Virus record (IMG/VR): IMGVR_UViG_3300020048_000002
From: a virus
Lineage: Duplodnaviria; Caudoviricetes
Reading direction: 5' to 3' (one strand)
DNA length: 64,000 bases
Part shown: positions 23,111-31,492 of the stretch, piece by piece
How the letters are laid out: each line of letters begins with the position of its first letter
Position numbering within the stretch: position 1 is the stretch's first letter
The notes under the pieces: model-generated
Database searches by the model: none
What the model was told of the DNA's origin: nothing
The model's input: only the letters and a program-made list of their open reading frames with translations
Made by a program: the position numbers and the translations under genes

Positions 23111-23654
23111 CGGCAGGCTTCGACTCGGGCTTGGCAACTTCGCTAGCCACTTCTTCGAGGTTCTTTGCAGCTTCCTCGATCTTCTCCGCCTTCTCCGAAA
23201 CCTTCTCGGCCTTCTCCGCTAGCTTGACCGCTGCATCCGCAACCTGGGCCAACTTGTCATCGAGAGCTTCCGGCTTGGGCGAAAGACTCGGGATCATGTT
23301 CGCTCCGTTGTCCGGTCCTTGGGCTTGACCCTGTCGGAAAAAACCACGAACACGAGCGTAGAGCCACCCACAGAAAAGGCCGCACACGATGGCGTACATG
23401 GCCCGGGCCGAAGCCGATTCGGCTACAGCAGGAGGCCACGGGAACTGCTTCAACGTGACAGCAAGGAGGAGTCCGTTGCCGATGGGGCCAAGCGGCAGGA
23501 GCACCTCGTACCACCACTTGTTCGTGGTCGCACCCTTCCACGCCGTCTCGACGACTCGCCGAACGGCTGCCGTCATCACGTAGATGGTGAGTCCCAAAAG
23601 AAGCGTTTGCCAGTTGGCAAACACGCTCAGTCCGTCATCAAGTGTAGTAGGCAT
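23097..23654 (-). CDS. putative holin
   Basis: Three hydrophobic segments and a charged C-terminal tail; positioned just after the tail genes. Confidence 0.55.
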   Translation of the reverse strand: MPTTLDDGLSVFANWQTLLLGLTIYVMTAAVRRVVETAWKGATTNKWWYEVLLPLGPIGNGLLLAVTLKQFPWPPAVAESASARAMYAIVCGLFCGWLYARVRGFFRQGQAQGPDNGANMIPSLSPKPEALDDKLAQVADAAVKLAEKAEKVSEKAEKIEEAAKNLEEVASEVAKPESKPADESL

Positions 23655-23682
23655 CGGGGTCTCCTAAACTGGAGACCCCGAT
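23653..23682 (-). promoter_or_regulatory. RBS-sequestering hairpin over the holin start
   Basis: Perfect 12-bp stem ATCGGGGTCTCC/GGAGACCCCGAT that contains the GGAG SD and the AT of ATG. Confidence 0.7.
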
Positions 23683-23693
23683 AGAACGATCCA

Positions 23694-23900
23694 CTACTTA
23701 GCTGTCTCAGGCTTGACTACGGCGATGAGACCCCGTGCCCACTTTTCGAGGTGAGCGACTTGATCTTGTAGACCCTTTCGCTGCTCGTCCGTAAGCATGG
23801 GGTTCATCATGGCCGAGCGAAGCCGATCCTTCGCTGCCTTGGCCCCCGACCGTCGTTGCTCGGGGGTCAGATCCAAGTATGTGAGAGTCTTGATGCCCAT
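23694..23900 (-). CDS. hypothetical protein (68 aa)
   Basis: Tiles with neighbours; helical composition. Confidence 0.65.
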   Translation of the reverse strand: MGIKTLTYLDLTPEQRRSGAKAAKDRLRSAMMNPMLTDEQRKGLQDQVAHLEKWARGLIAVVKPETAK

Positions 23901-23909
23901 GGGTGTGTC

Positions 23910-26900
23910 TCAGGGTGCCGGGGGCCGACGAGTCAGAGCAAGCGTCGAGGGGTCAACGTTTGCTCGAATGTTGTCCCGAACAAGCGGGTGGCCCTCGATG
24001 CGGTAGAGGTCAACTGCCGCATTTCCTTCGGCCATGCCGTTCGTCGAGAGGTCCACCACTTGAGGCGCTGGTCCGACAGTCCCAAACGTGTCTTGGAACT
24101 GCGTTGCCACCACCAGCATCAACTCGCCTCCGGCCGAAACCTCCGTGGCCCCCTTGAGGGTCGGAGCATTTCGCACGAGATAGGCGGTCCCCGCAAGCAC
24201 GTTGGATACGCCGTTCGTCAGGTTGGACGAACCTACGAATCCGGGTGAGAACGAGCCTCCGGGGTTGTCCCCAGAAGCCAGGAAGGCTGAGCCGCCTCGG
24301 AAGGTTCGGTAGTTCGTGAGAAGGGCGTAGTTCCCCTGCTCACCGTCAACGTGAACCATCACGTTTCCGGGTTCAACCGAAGCGTCCGCAAGAGCCACCA
24401 AGCTGGTTGCGTCGAGGGTCGAGTTCGTGGCTAGCCCACCAAAGTACCCCAGAGACATGTTCTGGTGAACTTGCGTGTGACCCGGTTGAAGGTTCGAGAA
24501 GAACACCGCTCGGAAGTCCTTGTCGCGACGGAGAGCCCCAAGGGGAAGGCGTTCCGTGCAACCATTGTACTTCGAGAGGTAGTTCGAACTCTGAGGCTCG
24601 CCAGCAAGGCCGCCCGTAAAGAAGTTGGGACGGGGATCCAGCGAGGTCAAAGGCGGGTAAGGCGTCGGCCCTGATTGGCTGATGTCCTCGTACCCTGCGT
24701 TCCCCAGAGGGCTGTTGAGGTTGGGGGCACCCCCGATACGTCCCGTTCCAGCCGTCGTCGCGAAGTTGAGGGCGGCTAGGATCTCTAGCGGCTTCTGGTT
24801 CGGACGAGTCAGAGCACTCTCGTTGATCTGCGTCGAGGCGATCTGGTAGGCCACACCGGTCTGGAGAGGGCCGGGGTTGTAGGAGATGTCGATGTTGTTC
24901 GTCTGCGTGCCCCACGCATCTCCACCGTACGGGGTACGGCTGAAGTTCACGAGGGCACTGTCACCCGCCGTCATGGGGCCGGGCAGAATCCCGACGGGTC
25001 CAGCGATGGCAATGTTGACGTTGTTGGCTCGTGTAACGAGATCGTTGGCCTGCTGGCGCATCCCCGACGAGGGAGTTGCACGGGTGAGGACAATCCGAAC
25101 CTCACGGCGGTTAAGCGTCGGATCCGGACGGAACGTGTCCCGGTCGAACCCAAAGATGCTCGCCTCGATGATGTAGTTCCCCGCCGCAAAGTTCGCGATG
25201 GGAGCCGGGGACTTCGAGATGTCAATGGCAGCCGCGTTCAGCACGAACGTCGAATCTCCATCGTCGTCCGTTTCGATCCAGAAGGTCGGGCCGACAACGT
25301 TTTGACGAAGGAGGTTCGTCGCCGCCGTGAGAGAGCCCGTCCGCTCACGGGTCGAGCTGTCAAAGGGCGAGCCGTTGATCTTGTAGTCGTTGGCTTCGTA
25401 GACGCCGAAGAGTCGAGTGACCCCGTAGAACGGAGGAAGCTGTAGCCCTTGCCGACCCGAACCCGTGGTGTCCGTGAACTGCCGGATTCCAGCGTAGTTG
25501 TTTCCAGAGTACGAGATCGCCGCATTGTAGGGTGCGGGGTTCGTACCCGGAGGGTTCAAGTCCAGCGTCGTGAACACGGCGTAGCTGAACGTACCGTTCG
25601 AGTAGGGCACGTAGTTACGATCCGAGTTCGCTTGAGGCGACGCCCCCTTCAACGAGTTGAAGAAGAAGTTGACCCCCTCATCAAAGCTCGTCGTATCGAC
25701 CGGGAGGATCGGTACGTGAACTGCCCCGTTCTGGGGAATCAGATGGCCGGGGAGCGACACGTAGAGGTTCTTCGTCGCCGCCGTGGTATCCGTCGTCCCT
25801 GCGAACAGTTGGAGCGGATCCGTCGTCGTCCACTTGGCCGTCACACCATCCCGCTTCAGGAGCGGCATGAGCCCTTGCGCCTTGTAGACAAGGTAGCTTG
25901 CACTTCCGGTGTTGCCGCACGGGCGGTCGAGTACAAGCGTGTCGTTCGGGTTCACCGTGGTCGTGATGGCCGTGATTGTGAACCTGCCGGTGCGCACACC
26001 CGCCGTGATCACGACCGCATCTCCAACCATGACCCCGGCTGCTGCGAGGTTGGTACCCGTGACGTCTTGGAGCTGGTTTCCCGTCGCTCCAGCAAGGCCC
26101 GCAGGGGTAAAGAAGGGGGTGGGCCGAAGGTTGGCGGCCGTACCCTCGATAGTGATGAAGTTGTCCGGCCAATCCATGAGCCGGAACGGCTGAAGGACAA
26201 GCGTCTTGCTTCCGTGGTCGAGGTAGGACTCGGCTGTTACAGGCGGTCCGTCGAACCCGGTCTCGTAGCGGAACTTGCTCCATTGAACAACGTGGCCCGT
26301 GCTCAGTCGGTAGTTGTTCGAGGGGAACTGCGCCGCCGTGTGCATCAGGTTGACGGTCGGGCTAAGCAGGCTGACCGAGTGCAGAGCATCCGGTCGCCTC
26401 GAAACACCACGACCAGCCCCGTACATGACGTGGAGGGTGATGTAGAGCTGCTTGCCGGTGATCGGGAACCCGCCACCCAAGGTGATGACGAGATCCGTCC
26501 CGGACGTGAGCGTTGCCGGAGTCACCGTATACACAGCAGGGGTCAGCGGGTCGGTGTCCCCGTCGATCCTGATTTTCACTTCGTACGGGGCCTCGTTGCA
26601 CCAACGGACCTGATCGGAGTCTCCCCCAGGGAGCCCTGCCTTGAGCTGTGCGACGGGGATCTGAATGACCGTGCCGGGCTCGAACTGAGCCACACCCGGA
26701 GCCGCAGAGGTGCGGTTGGCCGTAAGGGTGAGAGCCCAAGGCGCACTCAAAAGGGCCGGGGGTGCGTTCGTGTTCGGAGCGACCACAAGCTCGACTGGCT
26801 GAACCACCGACGCATCCGAGAAGATCATTCGGATGTTGTCGGGAGCGTCGAGCTTCGTGACTCCAAGCGCCACACCGCCACCCGTCACCTTGTCCTGGTA

Positions 26901-28277
26901 GGCGACGAACGTCCCCTGCTGGGTGCTGTTGCCAGCACGCTTCCAGTTGGAGCGAAGCTCACCACGAAGGAGCTTGTCGAAGTTCGAGCGGAGCAGGGCG
27001 TTGTAATCGAACCCGTTCGGGTTGACGAGATGCCGAAGATCAAGGATGTCCGTCTGGGCTACCTGATCGGAGTAGAGCCCATCCGGACGACCGGCCACCG
27101 GAGTGATGGTCGAACCCAAGGGGTGCGGCTCAGCAACCGTGCCCGCAAGACCACGAACGAGCCCGCTCATGGTCGTCCCGGTGATGCTCGTGTACGTCAT
27201 GATCTCATCACCGATCTGGATGTAGACCGGCGTGAGTGGCGTCAGGGGCAGAGGGATGTTGGCGACCGAGGCCAAAGTGAGCGTCGTGCTGCTTGCCGTC
27301 ATGGCAGCGTTGAGCGAAGGGATCGTCGAGAACGTCTTGACCCCAGAACGGTCTACAGCGGTTGGGTTGCGGTTGAACCCACCGTTGAGGTTGGGAGAAG
27401 GGTCCCCCGTCCACACGACAGCGTTGCGACGGAAAACGCCGCAAAGGGGGATGGCGTAGACGTACCCATCGACCGTGTTGAGGTTGTTGGCCGTCCCGTC
27501 ACCCGCACGCCAGAGGCCAGAGTCCCCTAGCTCCTGACGCATGTTCGAGTACGTGTAAGCGGTCACCGTGTCCGGGTTCGTCGGATCGTAGGCACCCTTG
27601 GCCTTCACGACGCTCGGATCAAACCCGTCTGGGTAAGAAGACAACCCGAGAAGTCCCTTGACGACTCGGATGCGATACTGGAGCTGAACCCGCTGGCTCG
27701 TCTCGAAGCCCAAGGCAGGGTCTACCATGTCGTCGGCCAGATACGTGTTGCCCGACTCCACGTTGCCGTACTTGAAGATGCCAGACGAGCTGGGCTTGTT
27801 CGTAGACGACGGGTTGGGGGCCACACGGGCCTTCCACACCTCTAGGAACACGAAGTCCGTTCGGAAATCGCCCGAGTTGGCAGGGGGCGGGTCGAGGGCA
27901 ATGAGGTTCCATGCGTCCACATCGTTCGGAGCACCCGGGGGAGTGCCCGTGCGAGTCGAGGTGACCGGGACCAGCCAGCCGTTGACCACGGCCCACATGA
28001 TCGCCTGCTTCTCACCCGTCCGCTGCGACCCGAACTTGAACCAGTTCGACCACTGGGAGTTCGTGATGTAGTCCGCCATCGTGCTGGTCTCGTTTCCGAG
28101 CCATCCCGAGGGAGTGCCACGAAGCACGGCCGTACGGCTAAAATCAGCCGCAATCTCCTGGAGCAGATTGAACTCTGCGTCCATTGGCGGCTTGCCTTGC
28201 TGAAGGATGACCTCAAGGAACTCCCGTCCGTTGGGGTCTAGAACGCGCGAAACGCCGGGGCCAAGATTACTTGCCAT
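23910..28277 (-). CDS. large virion (baseplate/fibre-attachment) protein, 1455 aa
   Basis: N-terminal 'LQQGKPPMDAEFNLLQE' resembles DUF6519/DUF4815-type baseplate N-termini; paralog of 31493-34078. Confidence 0.7.
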   Translation of the reverse strand: MASNLGPGVSRVLDPNGREFLEVILQQGKPPMDAEFNLLQEIAADFSRTAVLRGTPSGWLGNETSTMADYITNSQWSNWFKFGSQRTGEKQAIMWAVVNGWLVPVTSTRTGTPPGAPNDVDAWNLIALDPPPANSGDFRTDFVFLEVWKARVAPNPSSTNKPSSSGIFKYGNVESGNTYLADDMVDPALGFETSQRVQLQYRIRVVKGLLGLSSYPDGFDPSVVKAKGAYDPTNPDTVTAYTYSNMRQELGDSGLWRAGDGTANNLNTVDGYVYAIPLCGVFRRNAVVWTGDPSPNLNGGFNRNPTAVDRSGVKTFSTIPSLNAAMTASSTTLTLASVANIPLPLTPLTPVYIQIGDEIMTYTSITGTTMSGLVRGLAGTVAEPHPLGSTITPVAGRPDGLYSDQVAQTDILDLRHLVNPNGFDYNALLRSNFDKLLRGELRSNWKRAGNSTQQGTFVAYQDKVTGGGVALGVTKLDAPDNIRMIFSDASVVQPVELVVAPNTNAPPALLSAPWALTLTANRTSAAPGVAQFEPGTVIQIPVAQLKAGLPGGDSDQVRWCNEAPYEVKIRIDGDTDPLTPAVYTVTPATLTSGTDLVITLGGGFPITGKQLYITLHVMYGAGRGVSRRPDALHSVSLLSPTVNLMHTAAQFPSNNYRLSTGHVVQWSKFRYETGFDGPPVTAESYLDHGSKTLVLQPFRLMDWPDNFITIEGTAANLRPTPFFTPAGLAGATGNQLQDVTGTNLAAAGVMVGDAVVITAGVRTGRFTITAITTTVNPNDTLVLDRPCGNTGSASYLVYKAQGLMPLLKRDGVTAKWTTTDPLQLFAGTTDTTAATKNLYVSLPGHLIPQNGAVHVPILPVDTTSFDEGVNFFFNSLKGASPQANSDRNYVPYSNGTFSYAVFTTLDLNPPGTNPAPYNAAISYSGNNYAGIRQFTDTTGSGRQGLQLPPFYGVTRLFGVYEANDYKINGSPFDSSTRERTGSLTAATNLLRQNVVGPTFWIETDDDGDSTFVLNAAAIDISKSPAPIANFAAGNYIIEASIFGFDRDTFRPDPTLNRREVRIVLTRATPSSGMRQQANDLVTRANNVNIAIAGPVGILPGPMTAGDSALVNFSRTPYGGDAWGTQTNNIDISYNPGPLQTGVAYQIASTQINESALTRPNQKPLEILAALNFATTAGTGRIGGAPNLNSPLGNAGYEDISQSGPTPYPPLTSLDPRPNFFTGGLAGEPQSSNYLSKYNGCTERLPLGALRRDKDFRAVFFSNLQPGHTQVHQNMSLGYFGGLATNSTLDATSLVALADASVEPGNVMVHVDGEQGNYALLTNYRTFRGGSAFLASGDNPGGSFSPGFVGSSNLTNGVSNVLAGTAYLVRNAPTLKGATEVSAGGELMLVVATQFQDTFGTVGPAPQVVDLSTNGMAEGNAAVDLYRIEGHPLVRDNIRANVDPSTLALTRRPPAP

Positions 28278-28329
28278 GTGGATTCCCTGCCGATGTGGAT
28301 CCGATTAGAAGATCAAGACGCAAGGGGAC

Positions 28330-28962
28330 TCAGTAGATCACGGCCCAAGATCCCACGTAACGCCGACTTCCCGCCGTGTTCGCGAACCGAATCTTGAAGT
28401 CCGTGCCTTGCCCGATCAACGGGATGTTGAACACAGCACCGTCGCTCACCGTGTACCAGTTTACACCGTTGTCGAAGGACACTTCGCAAGTCAGATCGCT
28501 GGCGGGCTCCTCCGTGTAAGTTCTCTGCAACCGAGCCAGAGCGAGATCTGAAACGGCGACAGAGTACGTTTCCCAAGTGATCACAGCCTGAGTTGGGGCA
28601 GGACCAGAGAGCATCGAGGTCGTTGAGAAAAGCGCCCCGGCAGATCCGACCTCGAAGATGCTCACCGCCCCACGCTCCCCGAAGATGCCCCGTAGAAGGG
28701 GAGCGGTGAGGTCGATGCCTGCGATGTCGAGGAAGTCGTCGTACGTGACGTAGGAGAACCCGGCGTAGTACGCAAGGAGTCCGGCGTACTTCTTGGCCAC
28801 GAGATCCATCGTGTTCGTAGGATCTTGCACCTGGATGTAGTCGGGTACCCGAATTACACCCCCGCCGTTCATGGGGCTTGTTCCCATGGGGGCTTCCACT
28901 ACATCGAGAATTCTCGACATGGGGAAGCTCGGGCTGTGAATGTCGACCAAGTAGTGGCTCAT
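28330..28962 (-). CDS. putative virion structural protein (210 aa)
   Basis: Beta-rich, contains 'EVSFDNGVNW', within the tail cluster. Confidence 0.65.
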   Translation of the reverse strand: MSHYLVDIHSPSFPMSRILDVVEAPMGTSPMNGGGVIRVPDYIQVQDPTNTMDLVAKKYAGLLAYYAGFSYVTYDDFLDIAGIDLTAPLLRGIFGERGAVSIFEVGSAGALFSTTSMLSGPAPTQAVITWETYSVAVSDLALARLQRTYTEEPASDLTCEVSFDNGVNWYTVSDGAVFNIPLIGQGTDFKIRFANTAGSRRYVGSWAVIY

Positions 28963-28993
28963 GGTTCAACCTTTGATCTAGTTACAGCCCCAA

Positions 28994-29179
28994 TCAGCTA
29001 GGCTCAATAAGTTTTAAGTGGATCGCAACAACTTTTAGAAGAGCCTCTTTGTCCTCCGAGGACAAGTCCTCAAAAGTTTTCCCTGTGAAGCTCTGCTTAC
29101 CGGCCTGTTGCTGTTGTTTCGCCTCTAGGCGAGACTGCCATTGAGGCACATGTTGCCGCACTCGTTTGGCCTCAGCCAT
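28994..29179 (-). CDS. small hypothetical protein, possible fibre chaperone
   Basis: 61 aa, coupled to the upstream gene, downstream of the fibre gene. Confidence 0.5.
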   Translation of the reverse strand: MAEAKRVRQHVPQWQSRLEAKQQQQAGKQSFTGKTFEDLSSEDKEALLKVVAIHLKLIEPS

Positions 29180-29570
29180 TGGACACCTCTTCCTTGGGCT
29201 TCACGCAGCGGAAAACACGCATGTCGACTGTCGCCAAGTCAGACGTGTCTGGTGGAATGTCTGCCAATAGGAACAGATGAAGATTGATATAGGGATCATC
29301 TTTTTCCCATCGGTAGCCCTGACCGTGAGGCGCATCGTCAACAAGCAACGTGACTTCGTTTGTAGCCTTTTCCTGGACCAGGTACACCGAAAGAGCGCAA
29401 CGGGAGGTCATCGAGTCTAGGGTGAAGAAATGGTCCTCCCCCAACTCGTAAGTCACCCTACCCACGCCAAAGGACCCAGCCCTAATTGTTACAGTCAAGC
29501 CTTCAACTTCAACGGGAAGTTCGACAAAGTTGCTCGATGAGCCCAGAGTGTCAACGAACGTGATACCCAT
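29172..29570 (-). CDS. hypothetical protein, possible fibre assembly protein
   Basis: 132 aa; start overlaps the fibre stop. Confidence 0.6.
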   Translation of the reverse strand: MGITFVDTLGSSSNFVELPVEVEGLTVTIRAGSFGVGRVTYELGEDHFFTLDSMTSRCALSVYLVQEKATNEVTLLVDDAPHGQGYRWEKDDPYINLHLFLLADIPPDTSDLATVDMRVFRCVKPKEEVSNG

Positions 29571-31480
29571 TAGCTATCCTGCTCCCCAACAATCATGAAT
29601 GTGATGTCCTCAGCCGACGAAGACAGATCGGTTTGGATCCCAGAGCTAGCATCGAAGTGGCTAATTCGAACAGAGCCCACGGCGTAATTGTGGTACGTGA
29701 TGATCTTGTCGGTTGTGTTTCGAGCCATACCGGCCACGACATAACTGGTGTCCGCGAAGTTCGAAGCAAAAGTAACTACTAAGTCAAACCCCGAGTACGA
29801 AACGCTGGCAATGTTGAAACCATTGAGCACATAAGGGGGTACGAAAGGGAAAACTACAGGTCCAGTTAGAACCACGCCCCAGCACTTGACAATGTTCTTC
29901 GCCTTTAGAATATTGAGGTGCCCTTGAGTCGATGGCGGATTTGTATCCGACCCGGAAACATTGTTCGTATTGAGGACTTGAAATTCCCCGTTTTCAACAG
30001 TGAGGGAACACACAATCGAAGCAGGGCCAACAATCGTAGAGTTGCCAAGACTGATTGCTTGCGAACCGTATGTCCCGGATTGGTCCCAGCCGGACGTCGA
30101 CCATGGAATAACAGTCGAAGTCTTACGGTAGATCGACAAAATACCCGGGGAGTCCTCGAACCGGTACATGATCGCTGGTGCGCCGGTATAGTCAGCTTCC
30201 CACTGCGTGCCGTTCCAAAGGGCATTGCTCGTAACGACAAGAGACTGAAAGCTCCTATCGTTGTAGATCCGCTTATAGTAATCTGGGCCGCTTGCGTTGT
30301 TGTTTTTGATCTGCCAAAGGAGCTTACGGGCAGTTGGGATCGTCTCTGTGGCAAAGACCGGTTCTGTGTCTCCTGCCTGCCCCTCAACGACCTGAGCATT
30401 GGTCCAAATATTAGACCTGCTCAACTTGCCCCAATTGACGTCCAGCTCATCTAGTTGGGCTCGAACGGAGACTCCAGTTAGATTGGTTCCGGCCCCCGCT
30501 TTAGCTCCAATGCGTGAAGCGCCATCGTCATTACCAACTGAATTGTCGCTTAGGTCGTTGACGACTTTATCAAGCTGGGCTTGAACTGTCGTATCGGGGT
30601 TCGTGCGACCCCCGAGCCACGCCGGGCCAGTGTTGTACTGATTGTACTGTGCTCGGGTGGAGTCTTGAACTGTTTTGACAAGCTCCTGTGCTGGAACCGT
30701 AAACGACGTGTTAACAATCTGCTCACACCCGATCTTACGTGCCCCACTAGCTAGAGCAGTAGTGTCTGCAAGTCGGTTGACTACCTGATCGAGGCTACCC
30801 TGAACGTCATCGGAAGGAAATGCGGTGGCATCTGCCCAGGTTGCCGAGCTAGTGTAGTCAATGTTGCTCGCATAACTGAGATCGTCGAGTTGGCTGTCGA
30901 TTGTACCGGATGCGATTGAGATCGCACCGTGGGCAATTGCACGGGTCCCAATCTTCTTGGCCCCGGCCGGATCCGTGACCGCACTGAGATCCGTAATGAT
31001 CTTGTCGATCTGGTTCCCGAGGGTGTCGGCGGGGTTGGTTGTACCATCTGCCCAAGCTCCACCCCCATCATACTGAATCTTCCCAGCACCGTCCCCAGTC
31101 GCTAGATCCGTAATGATCTTGTCGATCTGGTTCCCGAGGGTGTCAGCGGGGTTGGTTGTGCCGTCAGCCCAAGTGCCACCCCCATCATACTGAATCTTTC
31201 CAGCACCGTCCCCAACAGCCAAATCCGACACAATCTTGTCGAGTTGAGTCTCAACGTCACTAGCGGGGTTGGTTGTGCCGTCAGCCCAAGTGCCACTACC
31301 GTCGAACCCGATAGCAGATCCATCATGGGCATCTACAGGGTCCGTGATGTGGGCATTAAGAGCTGCTAGCGAGTTAGACCCACCACCAGGAAAAATAAGA
31401 GCACTTGCCGATACAGTGGACGACGGAAGACGTCCAGGCCCGGGTTGAATAACGGTAATCGGGTTCTTATTGCTCGGCAT
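29570..31480 (-). CDS. tail fibre / receptor-binding protein
   Basis: 'LNAHITDPVDAHDGSAI' fibre-type motif, 39-aa repeats, C-terminal 'KCWG...GFNIASV...VTF...DTSYVV' domain. Confidence 0.75.
   Translation of the reverse strand: MPSNKNPITVIQPGPGRLPSSTVSASALIFPGGGSNSLAALNAHITDPVDAHDGSAIGFDGSGTWADGTTNPASDVETQLDKIVSDLAVGDGAGKIQYDGGGTWADGTTNPADTLGNQIDKIITDLATGDGAGKIQYDGGGAWADGTTNPADTLGNQIDKIITDLSAVTDPAGAKKIGTRAIAHGAISIASGTIDSQLDDLSYASNIDYTSSATWADATAFPSDDVQGSLDQVVNRLADTTALASGARKIGCEQIVNTSFTVPAQELVKTVQDSTRAQYNQYNTGPAWLGGRTNPDTTVQAQLDKVVNDLSDNSVGNDDGASRIGAKAGAGTNLTGVSVRAQLDELDVNWGKLSRSNIWTNAQVVEGQAGDTEPVFATETIPTARKLLWQIKNNNASGPDYYKRIYNDRSFQSLVVTSNALWNGTQWEADYTGAPAIMYRFEDSPGILSIYRKTSTVIPWSTSGWDQSGTYGSQAISLGNSTIVGPASIVCSLTVENGEFQVLNTNNVSGSDTNPPSTQGHLNILKAKNIVKCWGVVLTGPVVFPFVPPYVLNGFNIASVSYSGFDLVVTFASNFADTSYVVAGMARNTTDKIITYHNYAVGSVRISHFDASSGIQTDLSSSAEDITFMIVGEQDS
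30987..31310. repeat. 117-bp tandem repeat, about 2.7 copies, encoding 39-aa fibre repeats
   Basis: AGATCCGTAATGATCTTGTCG starts at 30987 and 31104; a diverged third copy starts at 31221. Confidence 0.9.
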
Positions 31481-31492
31481 GGTAGGACCTCA

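Noticed and set aside
25449-27530. 693-aa plus-strand ORF and the many other plus-strand ORFs
   Set aside because: Antisense shadows of high-GC minus-strand genes: Arg/Val/Gly-rich with no motifs.
28313-28969. 218-aa same-strand alternative-frame ORF over the 210-aa gene
   Set aside because: Arg/His-rich with no domain signal, unlike the nested HNH case.
30987-31310. CRISPR array or DGR template/variable repeat
   Set aside because: Contiguous in-frame coding repeats without spacers, and no reverse transcriptase or cas genes in the window.
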